From contig NC_073384.1 of NCBI RefSeq assembly GCF_028641065.1, positions 10,292,001 through 10,356,000 on the forward strand: a stretch of DNA of 64,000 nucleotides, written 5' to 3'. Position 1 is the stretch's first letter, and the number at the start of each line of letters is the position of its first letter. A program made the position numbers and the translations under genes. A model generated the notes under the pieces. That model ran no database searches. It was not told the DNA's origin and worked only from the letters and a program-made list of their open reading frames with translations. Of the stretch, positions 50,423 through 62,435 are shown piece after piece. The DNA comes from Leucoraja erinacea. Lineage: Eukaryota.

Positions 50423-51755
50423 TATGTCTATGTTCAAAACACAAAGTGCTGGAGTAACTCAAAGGGTCGGCGACATTGGTGGAGTGTCTGGATCAGTGAT
50501 GTTTCAGGTTGGGACCCTTCTTTAGACCCATAACATCACCTATCCATTCCCCCTACAGTTACTCCAGCACTTTGTGTTTTGCTCAAGGCTCCAGCATCTG
50601 CATTTCCTTGTATCTCCAATAAATCTACCTGGTGATCTCAAATCATGCTGGTAGAATATATATTAGCTGTTTTATTTCCCAATGATTAACCCATTAGCCG
50701 TACATTTCAGCAAACATGCCCAGAATATCTCGGAGACCTGAAACGTCACCGATTTTCTCCAGCGATGCTGCCTCGCCCGCTGAATTACTCCAGCATTTTG
50801 TGTCTGTCTTTGGTGTAAACCAGCATCTGCAGTTCCTTCCTGCACATGGAGGTAAGGAAAGGCTAGAACATTACAGGGCCAGGAACAGATGACCAAGGAT
50901 GGGTGGAGCCCATAATGGCCAATTGTGAGCTTGGGAAGAGGAAGGGATACAAGGATGAGAATTGCCTCAATTGCCACAGAAGGCAGTGGAGGCCAAGTTA
51001 GTGGATATTTTTAAGGCAGAGATGGATATATTCTTGGTTAGTACAGGTGCCAGAGGTTATGGGCAGAAGGCAGGAGAATGGGGTTAGGAGGGAGAGATAG
51101 ATCAGCCATGATTGAATGGCGGAGTAGACTTCATGGGGCGAATGGCCTTGACCACCGGGTGGCGCCAGCCATGGCTGCCTCGCCAACAGTCTGTCTGTTC
51201 TTTCCTTCTTTGTGTTTTAATAGTATGCGTTAAATGTATGTTTTTAATGTTCTTTAGCTTGTTTTATGTGGCGGGTGGGTTTTGGGGAAAACTTTTTCCT
51301 AATCTCTTACCTCGACGGAGATGCGATTGTTTTTCTTACCGTATCTCCGTTCACACTGTGGCCTAACATCGAGGAGTTGGTGGCCTTTGCTGGAGACTGA
51401 TTTTGAGAGCTCAACCGTGGGGAACCAGCGGGACTTTAACATCGTGGAGCCCGCGATCCCTTTGCCAGGGATGGACCTCGGTGCTCCAACTGTGGGTGCT
51501 TCCGGACTCCAACATCATGGAGCCCGCGGTCTCTGGTCAGAGACTGACTTCAAGAACTCCAAGGTACGGGAGTTTCGACCGCCCCGATGCTGGTATTTCG
51601 AGTGCCCCGACGCGGGGGCTTCGACCGCCGGCTGCAGGAGCTTCCATCGCCCCATTCGACTGCCCGAGTAAAGAGGAAGCAAATCGGACTCCATCACAGT
51701 GGGGAATGTGGGGAATCTGCTGTGGTGGATGTTTATGTTAACTTTGATGTAGTTG

Positions 51756-51809
51756 GGGGTGGAAGATTGCAACCTTCACATGGTCCGCCCTGTTTCGACA
51801 AATGCAATC
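51756..51809 (+). ncRNA. HDV-like self-cleaving ribozyme (predicted; this copy possibly decayed)
   Basis: P1 GGGGTGG/CCGCCCT (G1.U wobble), P2 GATTGCA/TGCAATC, P3 ACC/GGT, 7-nt L3 TTCACAT, minimal P4 with a TTCG loop, J4/2 C-A-A-A. Confidence 0.7.
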
Positions 51810-51898
51810 AACCTGGCTTGCACAATCAAGTAAGATCAAACGCAACAAGTTGTCCTACAACTTTAGGCTGTGCACACCATACGCAAGAACAAGAAGAA
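51756..51898 (+). mobile_element. Short non-autonomous retroelement (Vingi-type 3' tail) with 10-bp TSD
   Basis: GATGTAGTTG duplicated at 51746-51755 and 51899-51908. Ends CCATACGCAAGAACAAGAAGAA, similar to the 3' end of the Vingi-like LINE in this window. Confidence 0.75.
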
Positions 51899-52107
51899 GA
51901 TGTAGTTGTGTGTCTTGTTGCTTTTTTTCCCGTATGGCTGTATGGTAATTCGCATATCACTGTACCGTAATTAGTACATTTGACAATAAAAGACCTTTAA
52001 AACATTTAAATTATACTCCTATTCCTTATGACCTTGAGAACAGTGGAGCTAGTAATACGTCTAGGGTGGGTGGTGGGGGGGGGGGGGGGGGGGGGAAGGG
52101 GGGGGGT

Positions 52108-52143
<36 letters not shown>

Positions 52144-52755
52144 AGAAATCAAACTGCCTGCAAGTAATGGAATGCAATAGAGTACAAGAACAAAGAGAGA
52201 CATCTTCAATTTAAAACTATCGACATGGAATTTGACTTCAGTGGATATGTAAGGCAGGTTTCAGTGTAACAGCTGCATTAATAAGCAAAGTGCACAATGT
52301 TCCTTTTTATTGCAGTTCATAGTCATGAAAATTGCGTAGGGGTGGGTGACCTTGCATCCCAGCCAAACTCTTTTTCTATCCCCTCTTTTAATTGAAGGAA
52401 GTCTACCTTTCTTCATTTGGTTTAGAGAGATACAACATGGAAACAGGCTCTTCCACCCACCAACCCTGTGCCAACCATCGATCGTCCGTTCACACTAGTT
52501 CTGTGTTATCTCACCTTCTCATCCACTCCCTACACATCAAGGGAACTTTTGTGAGGCCAATTCACCTACAAGCCTGCATGTCTATGGAATGTGGGAGGAA
52601 GTCAGAGCACGCGGAAGAGGCCCACACGGTCACAGATAGAACATACAAACTCCGCACAGACAGCACCCGTGTTCAGGATTGAACTCGGTCCTCTGGCACT
52701 GTGAGGCAGCGGCTCTACCAGCTGTGTCACAGTACTGCTAAACGTGAGACCATAA

Positions 52756-53240
52756 AGGGCCTGTCCCACGAGCATGCGACTGCATGCGGCAAGCGTGACC
52801 TAACGTGGTCGCTTGAGCCGTACGGCCTCGCGGGGCCGGTCCCACTTCAATCGCCGGAGCCATATGGAGTTGTGCGGACTGGTCCCGACATCGTGCGGGG
52901 CTCCGAAAAACTGACACAGTCCAAAAATTCCGCGCGGTAATGGCCTGCTGGCCCGCAGTCGCATTGAGGCCGTACGCACCGCCTCGATGCTGTTCGCACC
53001 ATCTCGACGGCATACGCCTAACGCAAACTTCCCGCGGACTTTACTCGAACTTCACGTTAACTTGTACGGGGTCATTCCATCTCCGTGCGGCCCCCGGTTA
53101 CGGTTTGGTCGTGCTCGCCCCATGCAGTTGCATGCTCGTGGGACAGGCCCTGTACGGGGATCACTCGACCTCCGCGGGGCCCCCACTTCCGGTTTGGTCA
53201 CGCTCGCCGCATGCAGTCGCATGCTGGTGGGACAGGCCCT
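52756..53240. mobile_element. PIF/Harbinger-type MITE
   Basis: TIRs of ~45 bp (AGGGCCTGTCCCACGAGCATGCGACTGCATGCGG...). TAA on both flanks (52753-52755, 53241-53243). An extra copy of the right end lies at ~53065-53150. Confidence 0.8.
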
Positions 53241-56035
53241 TAAGACATCGGAGCATTATTAGGCTATTTGGCCCATTGAATCTGCTCCAGTGATTTGTGG
53301 TGGATCTATTGTGGTTGATCTATTTTTTCCTCTCAACGCCATTCTCCTGCCTTCACCTTGTAACCTTTCACACCCAATTTTTTAAAGCACTCCCCTTTAA
53401 AAACACCCATTGACTTGGTCTCCACAGCCCTCTTTGGTCAATTCCACAGATTCACCATCCTTTGGCGAAATAAATTTCCCCTTATCTACATTTTAAAGGT
53501 ACATCCACTTATTCTGAAGCTTTGCCCTCTGGTCCTAGCCTCTCCCACTTCTGGAAAACATCCTCTCCACATCCACTCCATCTCGGCCTTTCATTGTTCG
53601 ATAGGCTTCAATGGGATCCCATCTCATCCTTCTAAAGTCCAGTGAGTACAGGCTCAAATCTATCAAATGCTCCACGTATATTAACCTGAGATCATTCTAA
53701 TATACGTCCTCTGGGCCCTCTCCAACGTCTGCACATCCTTCCTCAGATATGGAGCCAAAAACCACTCAATGTATCATTGCTAAACATTATTGCTGCATGT
53801 AAAACTGATAACCAGGAAAGAAGAGATTATGGACACTGGTTCTGCAGCCATTTTATTATTTATAATGATTATAAAGCAGAAAGAATAATTTAATGTCTAA
53901 ACCCGCAGACAACTTTCTTCGCAAGATCTTCAATAACTTTGTTCAAAATAAGAAATATTTAAGACTTACTCAAAATGCATGAAAGAATGTGACAAAAGAT
54001 GGCGCCGTGTAGAAAGACTGCATTTATATATGAACTCTTCAAAATTATTAAAGTTTCACCGATATATTGTGAACACCACACACCGCACAAATGCATAATA
54101 TTTTACAAACACTGAAATTAAAAAGGCAATTATCAAAACCTTTTTAAGTTTTTTCCATGAATTATGAACCTATTCCTTCAAACGCAGCAGGACGGTGAAC
54201 AAAAACAAAGTCATTTTGAATGATAAATAAACACAACTCAGCTCATGTGCAAATGTACGACTTTGGCCTGTGCAAATTTGGATTTTAAACTGGTCGATGG
54301 TCAAAGAAGATAAGGGGTTATTGAAAGTAGGGTGAAAAATGCATTCGATGCTGGTAGAATGTTTGTTTACATTACTCAATGTTCCAATGTGAAAAATTGG
54401 AACACAAAACTTTGCTTCATTGGCTGAATTATTATGCATATTTATACATCTCTTGCGCACTACACCAATGAAAGGAACTGCAGATGCAAACTTTACAACT
54501 CCTCACCCTTCTGTCGTGGGGCATAGACTGAGACTGACTGCCCCCCGCCCGTCCCCACCGCCCCAATCTTTGCACAACCCCCAAGCCTTCCCACTTGTCA
54601 CTTTAATTTCATGTTTCATGTAAAGTGTGTTTTGTGTATCTTGTGTTTTTATGACCGTTGGCAGATCAATTTCCCTCCTGGGATAAATAAAATTCTATCG
54701 TATCATATCATATCGTATAGTATGCTGGTTTATACCGAAGATAGACACAATGTGCTGGAACAACTCAGCTAGTCAGGCAGCATCCCTGGAGGATAGGAAG
54801 CGGTGATGATATGGGTCGAGACCCTTCTTCAGACTCTTTTGATCTTTAACTATTTAACCTGCATGTCTCTATTAATTTGATTATGAATGACAGCAGATAT
54901 TCAGCTTTATACTGAGTTTACATTTGCTCCATTACTGTAATTACTGAGTGTGGAATTCTCTGCCTCAGAGGGCGGAGGAGGCAGGTTCTCTGGATGCTTT
55001 CAAGAGAGAGCTAGATAGGGCTTTTAAAAATAGCGGAATCAGGGGATATAGGGAGAAGGCAGGAACGGGGTACTGATTGTGGATGATCAGCCATGATCAC
55101 ATTGAATAGCCAAATGGCCTACTCCTGCACATATTGTCTATTGTCTAGTGTATTGGAACTTTCGATGCACAGTATAAATCTGTGTACACAAAAAAGCTGG
55201 AGAAACTCAGCGGATGCAGCAGCATCTATGGAGCGAAGGAAATAGGCAACGTTTCGGGCCAAAACCCTTCTTCTGTATAAATCTGTGTGTTTCTTCATTA
55301 GTAACCATCTGCCAGTGGCACACTTACTATTCGAGTTTAGAGTTTGGTTTATTATCACATGTAACGAGGTACAGTGAAAAGCTTACAAGGTCAAGGGAGA
55401 AGCCTCACTCCTTGGACTTACATGGCCTCACCCGCTGAGTTTCTCCAGCATTTTGTGTCTACCATGGACTTGCACCAAATCTTCTTGGCGTGGTATACTT
55501 CAGACAGAGCTGTGGGGCTGCTGTACTTTGAACTGAGACAGTAAAGTGATAAGCCTACTGGCTCACAGTGCCTGAGGCCCATGTGGGAACCTATCAATTG
55601 TAGATTGTATTCAGTTTAGACCAGAGCAATAGCAAATTATTTTCCTCTTTCTTTTATTTCTTGTTTACAGGAACAGGTCACTTCACAGCACACCTTTGTG
55701 TAACACGCACGCAGCTAGTACAACCGCTGCCTCACAATGCCAGAGACCCGAGTTTGATTTCGACCTCAGGAGCTGTCTGTGTGGAGTTTGTATGTTCTCC
55801 CTGTAACGGCGCAGGTTTACTTCGAGTGCTCTGGTTTATAGACAATAGACAATAGACAATAGACAATGGGTGCAGGAGTACGCTATTCAGCCCTTCGAGC
55901 CATTCAATGTGATAATGGCTGATCATCCCCAATCAGTAACACGTTCCTGCCTTCTCCCCATATCCCCTGACGTCCACCCAAGTTCCAAAGATGTGCAGGT
56001 TTGAAGGTTAATTGACAGGTATAAATTGCCCCCAA

Positions 56036-56567
56036 TATGAGGAAGGGCATTATTGCCATAGAGGGAGTGCAGAAAAGGTTCACCAGACTGATTCCTGGGA
56101 TGTCAGGACTGTCTTATGAAGAAAGACTGGATAGACTTGGTTTATACTCTCTAGGATTTAGGAGATTGAGAGGGGATCTTATAGAAACTTACATAATTCT
56201 TAAGGGGTTGGACAGGCTAGATGCAGGAAGATTGTTCCCGATGTTGGGGAAGCCCAGGACAAGGGGTCACAGCTTAAGGATAAGGGGGAAATCCTTTAAA
56301 ACCGAGATGAGAAGAACTTTTTTCACCCAGAGAGTGGTGAATCTCTGGAACTCTCTGCCACAGAGAGTAGTTGAGGCCAGTTCATTGGCTATATTTAAGA
56401 GGGAGTTAGATGTGGCCCTTGTGGCTAAGGGGGTCAGGGGGTATGGAGAGAAGGTAGGTACGGGATATTGAGTTGGATGATCAGCCATGATCATATTGAA
56501 TGGCGGTGCAGGCTCGAAGGGCCGAATGGCCTACTCCTGCACCTAATTTCTATGTTTCTATGTTTCT
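56036..56567 (+). mobile_element. CR1/HER1 LINE 3' fragment nested in a SINE
   Basis: 144-aa open CR1 ORF2 end with a (TTTCTATG)n tail. SINE sequence on both sides. Confidence 0.85.
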
Positions 56568-58382
56568 AATATATAAGGAGTGGATAAGAATGTGGGGGTA
56601 ATATAGAACTTGCATGAACAATGGTGTGCATGGACTCGGTGGGCTGAATGGCCTGCTTCCATGATGCATCTCTAAACTAAAACAAAGCTCTCATAGGTGT
56701 ATGCAGAAGATACCATGCATAGTTTGAAGGTCAACCATCCCTTCTCTCCAGAAAACGTCACCCATTCCTTCTCTCCAGGGATGCTGCCTGTCCCAGTGAA
56801 TTACTCCAGCATTTTGTGTCTATCCAGTTCTTTCCTACACATGCACAGTTTGAAGAAGAGTAGGGGGTTTCTCCTGATAATCTACCAAGCCTAAGACATC
56901 ATTGATGAGATGGTGATTAATTTAATCATCACTGCACAATCCTGTTGTGCAGAATTTGACTGATTGAGTTTATTATAACATTGACATTAGTACAGAAGCA
57001 GTTTATACTTTAATATATCACTCACCACTGGGTCCACATTTGGATTTTACGAGAACACTTTATTCTAAGGTTGCTTGCCATGATTGTCCTTAGGATTAAT
57101 AATCATTTAAGTGCATAGATTAAGTTGTTTGACAGAAGGGAATTTAGTCTGACAGCGCGCTTATCTCTTGATTAAGATAATGTTTCGAGGTGAAAAGACA
57201 AAATCATTACCTAATGCCAACTAATCTTTTTCTTCTGCCCTGGCATATTTAGTGCCAAATCAGGTGCTTTAGTTCATTAGCTTCATGTTACCTCACTGTG
57301 ACTGCCCAATAGTGTGTTGTTCCGTGAACTGTATGCACAGACCTCTCCCAAACTCTGACAACGTGCTGACAGCTGACTATCTTTCTGTCATTCCGTAAAA
57401 AAGGTGATCCGTTAAGATGATCCCCGTTTGTCAGCCTTCAACATTACCCAGGCACTTCTGCAAATTGAATATCACAAGATTGCTGAAGTATATAGTGTCT
57501 GTGTAACAACGTAATTATAATGACAGGTGACAGATACACTCCATAATGTGAGAGACAAAGCTGTCCATTTTTAATCTATCTTCCCACATCAACCGGCAAA
57601 AATCTACATTCACAAGATGACTGTAGATCCACTCACGCCCTGGCCTCGGGTCGGACAAAGGTGGCATTTTCTATGAAGAAAATATCCCACCCTTTGTCAA
57701 TCTTAAATATGACTTCATTTGTACATCATTGGAAAGATATTGTTCGGACAAATAGAATTCTTGATTATGTTCGCTGGTAATATCGCCGACAGTTTCAAAA
57801 TGATAATAGATGCCCTTTTCTCGCTGCTTTTCAAGAGAGAGTTAGAGTTAGATTTAGCTCTAAGGGCTAAAGGAATCGAGGGGTATGGGAGAAAAAGCAG
57901 GAACGGGGTACTGATTTTGAATGATCAGCCATGATCATAATGAATGGCGGTGCTGGCTCGAAGGGCCGAATGGCCTACTCCTGCACCTATTTTCGATATG
58001 TCTACGTTTACTGTGACCTCAATCGATGGGTTACTGCTATGGCGCGGGTAATCCTCAGGAGAGAAATCTAGTTATTGAGGCTAAACCGTCAACCGTTTGA
58101 GCTGTTTTATGATTGAACGTTGCGCACCTGCACACTACAGAAGTTACCTTGAAAAACATTAATTAGATTTGACATACGACAAACACCGGTTTAATTCGTT
58201 AATAACACGAGAGCAGTTCGCAGAATGGAGCCCATGGTGATGGTCAACTGTTGGTGCGAGTCACGCACACAGCGATGGGAGAGAGACAGACAGACTTAGA
58301 CAGACAGAGGAAACTGACAATGTCCATCAAGAAAGCAATGTATAGGCACAAGGTATATATATATTTTCCAAGCATATTACGA

Positions 58383-58413
58383 ATATCATTATGAAAATTA
58401 TGAATATTATGAA

Positions 58414-58460
<47 letters not shown>

Positions 58461-58477
58461 GCATTAGCATTATTATT
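58383..58477. repeat. (ATT)n microsatellite downstream of the SSTR4 stop codon
   Basis: Seen directly in the sequence. Confidence 0.95.
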
Positions 58478-58653
58478 TTCCAACCATATATATCCTCGCC
58501 CGACCCTAAGCGGTGCAATCCCAGCGCTCATACAACAATGTGGAGACCATGAAGATAACTCACAGATTCTTTTAGCAAAATATATTTAACCCGTTTGTTT
58601 TAGACAAAAAAAAGTCACTAAGAGGTAATAAAACAAGACTTCTTTCACTACAT

Positions 58654-59805
58654 TCATAGCGTGGTGGTTCTGGAGCTGCATGTCCCATTCCGACAGAGCG
58701 GGTGAGAAGCAGGGTTGCCGGGCTGACATTCTATGGGATTACACAGCCTGCCCTTCAGGGCGGTGGCGTAATAGTCCACCGGCTCCTCGCTCCCGTTCTC
58801 CAGCCAACGGAAACACAGGATCCTCTGGAAGGACCTCCTGAAATTGTCCGAGAGGAAACCGTAGAGGAAAGGGTTGGCGCAGCTGTTGGCGTAGCTGAGG
58901 ATAAGGCACAGCTGGTTGACCGTGGAGTGGAGGGGGAGAAAGATGTTGGCCAGCTGCACCACGTAGAAGGGCATCCAGCAGATGACAAACACGGCCACCA
59001 CCATCAGGACCATGCCGGTGAGTTTCTTCTCCGACCTCCTGCGCTGCTGCCAGCCCGCCTTCAGGGCGACCACCCTCATCTTCACCACGATCAGGACGTA
59101 GCACAGGCAGATGGCGAAGACGGGGATGAGGAAGCCGAGCAGGGAGGTGTAGATGACAAACGCCACGGACCAGGAGCGATGAGGCCAGAGGAAGTTGCAG
59201 TGGACCACACCGTCCTCGCTGGGAGCGGTGCCGGCGAATATAATGATGGGCAAGATGACAATGAGCGACAAGACCCAGACGCAGATGTTGATGACCTTGG
59301 CGATAGTGGGTCTCCTGTACCTCGCCGCTTTGATGGGGTGCACCACGGCCACGTACCTGTCCACGCTCAACACGGTGAGGCAGAAGACGCTGGTGAACTG
59401 GTTGATCCCATCCACGCTGAGCACCGTCCGGCACATGAGCGAGCCGAAGGGCCAGCGCTGCAGGGCGGCCGAGGCGGACAGGAACGGGACGCTCAGCATG
59501 AAGAGCTCGTCGGCGATGGCCAGGTTGAGGATGTAGATGTTGGTGGCCGTCTTCATCTTGGCGTACCTGAGGATGACGAAGATCACCATGGCGTTGCCCA
59601 CCAGCCCCACCAGGCACACGACGGCAGAGATGAACTGGATCACCACCGTCCCGGCGTCTCTCTCCTCCTCCTCCTCCTCCTCCCCGAGCGAGTAGTTCAG
59701 GGGGAGAGCGGTGACAAAATCCGCCGACTCGCCGGAGCTGTTCCATGAGCCCATCTCCGCTGCTGTGTCCCGGTGTGAAGGCAACTGGAAACTACGCGTG
59801 TTCAT
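58654..59805 (-). CDS. SSTR4: Somatostatin receptor (class A GPCR), most likely SSTR4, 383 aa
   Basis: ATG at 59805 (ORF-track start 59811 is TTG). Seven TM segments with [52 protein letters not shown], the SSTR signature [18 protein letters not shown], and [12 protein letters not shown] (SSTR1/4 group). SSTR4 is preferred over SSTR1 because of the convergent position next to THBD. Confidence 0.85.
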   Translation of the reverse strand: MNTRSFQLPSHRDTAAEMGSWNSSGESADFVTALPLNYSLGEEEEEEERDAGTVVIQFISAVVCLVGLVGNAMVIFVILRYAKMKTATNIYILNLAIADELFMLSVPFLSASAALQRWPFGSLMCRTVLSVDGINQFTSVFCLTVLSVDRYVAVVHPIKAARYRRPTIAKVINICVWVLSLIVILPIIIFAGTAPSEDGVVHCNFLWPHRSWSVAFVIYTSLLGFLIPVFAICLCYVLIVVKMRVVALKAGWQQRRRSEKKLTGMVLMVVAVFVICWMPFYVVQLANIFLPLHSTVNQLCLILSYANSCANPFLYGFLSDNFRRSFQRILCFRWLENGSEEPVDYYATALKGRLCNPIECQPGNPASHPLCRNGTCSSRTTTL

Positions 59806-61949
59806 ATTCAATCAGCACCTTCACCGGTAGCACCTCTCCTCTCCTCTCATCTCCTCTCCTCTCCTCTCCTTCACTCCCCCCCTCACCCCCTTCCTCCCTA
59901 TGACAGGTCTTCAAAGAAAATTATCTCCCCTTCGCTTCTCCCGTCACCTTCTCTGTCTCCTCTTCAGCCTCTTGCTTGGCAAACCAAGATTCCAGCCATC
60001 AGACGGGATCAGAGCGCAAGAGCTTGCAACAGCTAGGACTCACGACCGTGTGTGTGTCTGTGTGTGTGTGTGTGTGCATCTTTTATGCAGTGCGGTTGCT
60101 TTCGTTGTTCGCTTCGGCTTGCTCCTTAAATACAAGACCTGATGAATGAACAACAGTCGGCGACCTACCTATAGTCCTGCGTCATCCACTCAACAGTGTG
60201 CTGTCTTGAATCTTTAAAAACTTGAACTAATCGCACGGCGGATAAATATGCAATATGCCCCTTTCATTTTGCAAGGGAGTCAGGTGGATCTGCCAAATGC
60301 AGAAAATAGAGATGCTTTCATCTGATCGGACACTTGTTAAGGTCGAAAGACAATGTTTTCACATGGGGGGAGTACTGTCGTTGAAAATTGGGCTTTAAAG
60401 TGGCAGTGACAGGTACCCCAAGAAGGACAGGTCTAGATCTTAGAACATAGAACATTACAGCATGGGAACAGGCCCTTCAGCCCACAATATTTGTGCTCGA
60501 CATGGCGTCAAGGCAAATTCTTCTGGGAAGATTTTAATCATGCATGCATTAGCGTGTATTCTGGAATTCAAACTTTCCAAAACAATATGATAGGGGCATG
60601 TTGCATATTTATCCACCCTTGCGATTAGTTCTAAGGATTCAAGACAGCACGCTGTTGAGTGAATGTGCTGGCTCTGGCGAGGGTCCAGAGGAGGTTTACA
60701 AGAATGGTCCCAAGAATGAGTACAAGACCGAAGAAGTCTGAAGAAGTGTCTCGGTCCGAAACGTCGCTTATTTCCTTCACTCCATAGATGCTGCCTCACC
60801 TGTTGAGTTTCTCCAGCATTTTTGTCATTCGCTGTAGTTTAGAAGAATGAGAAGGGGCCTCATAGAAACATAGAGAATAGTGAAAGGCTTGGATAGAGTG
60901 GATGTGATGAGGATGTTTCCATTAGTGGGAGAATCTAAAGCTAGAGGTCATAGCCTCAGAATTAAAGGACGTTATTTTAGGAAGGAGATGAGGAGAAATG
61001 TCTTTAGTCAGAGGGTGGTGAATCTGTGGAATTATTTGCCGAAGAAGGCTCTAGAGGCCATGTCAATGGATATTTTTAAGGCAGATATAGATAGATTCTT
61101 GATTAGTATTGGTGTCAGGGCTATGGGGAGAAGGCAGGAGAATGAGGTGAGACTGGAGAGATAGATCAGCCGCGATTGAATGGTGAGCAGACTTGATGGA
61201 CTGAATGGCCTTATTCTGCTGCTATCTCATAGCCTTATGACCTTATGAACAGTTCTAGGATTTGTGACATGAATATGTCTATTTTTTATTCTATCTCACT
61301 TGACCTTTTCTCTCATGGTAATTGAAGAATTGCCAAGGTTGGGTGTAAAGCAAAGCTGAAGTTTGAATTGTGTATGAATTTATTTTTAAACAATTTCATT
61401 GGTTTTCAAGCTTCAGATCTTGCAGTGCATGACGTGGCTCTTTGAAGTGATTGAAAGTCTCAGTGCACAGTAGTTTTAGCAACTTGTAAATAACCTTAAA
61501 ACCAATTTCTAAACTTGTCTGAGTTTCATTTGTTGCTGGAGGGAACCTATCCCAACTGGATATGTGCAGGCTAAATCCGCAGGTAAATGTCAACAATGAC
61601 ATTAAATGCTCCTGAAAACGGCTCCACACTTTAAGCAATGAGGCATTAACAACTTAGAGCTGTCTTGTTGCTCCACGATTTTATACGTTTTCTGAAAATA
61701 ATTGTCATATGCAACAATGTTCATTTGTGATATGGAAATATATAGCTGTAGAATATGCAGATACAGCCCTTTGGTGCTATAATTAGAGCCACAGTATCAG
61801 AGAGCATAGAAGCAGGCCATTCTGCCCCACTAGTCGATACCAACAAAGATGCTCTATCCACGTAAGTCTCATCTGCCCGCATTTGGCATATCCCTCTAAA
61901 CCTTTCCTCCATGTACCTGTGCAAATGTGTTTTAAATGTTGTTATAGTA

Positions 61950-62435
61950 CCATATAACCATATAACCATATAACAATTACAGCACGGAAACAGGCCATCT
62001 TGACCCTTCTAGTCTGTGCCGAACACGTATTCTCCCCTAGTCCCATACACCTGCATTCAGACCATAACCCTCCATACCTTTCCCGTCCATATAACTATCC
62101 AATTTATTTTTAAATGATAAAAACGAACCTGCCTCCACCACCTTCACTGGAAGCTCATTCCACACAGCCACCACTCTCTGAGTAAAGAAGTTCCCCCTCA
62201 TGTTATCCCTAAACTTCTGTCCCTTAATTCTCAAGTCATGTCCCCTTGTTTGAATCTTCCCTACTCTCAGTGGGAAAAGCTTATCCACGTCAACTCTGTC
62301 TATCCCTCTCATCATTTTAAAGACCTCTATCAAGTCCCCCCTTAACCTTCTGCTCTCCAAAGGATAAAGCCCTAACTTGTTCAACCTTTCTCTATAACTT
62401 AGTTGCTGAAACCCAGGCAACATTCTAGTAAATCT
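61950..62435 (-). mobile_element. CR1 subfamily with (TATGGTTA)n tail
   Basis: RFTRMLPGFQQLSYRERLNKLGL... The tail repeat CCATATAA is at 61950-61975. A related copy lies at ~38516-38856. Confidence 0.8.

Larger units (their letters stand above)
51150..51995 (+). repeat. Unclassified dispersed repeat; inverted copy at ~5850-6495
   Basis: Shared blocks TCCATCACAGTG...GGTGGATGTTTATGTT, GATGCGATT...GGCCTA and AGTCTGTCTG appear as reverse complements at 5870-6490. Confidence 0.6.

Noticed and set aside
52065-52142. Long poly-G run read as a functional G-quadruplex
   Set aside because: Homopolymer length is unreliable in assemblies and there is no supporting context.
58244-58531. Poly-Asn and poly-Ile ORFs
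   Set aside because: Translations of the (ATT)n microsatellite.
58702-59748. Long antisense and alternative-frame ORFs (348 aa, 335 aa) over the SSTR gene
   Set aside because: Shadow ORFs expected from GC-rich third codon positions; no recognisable motifs.
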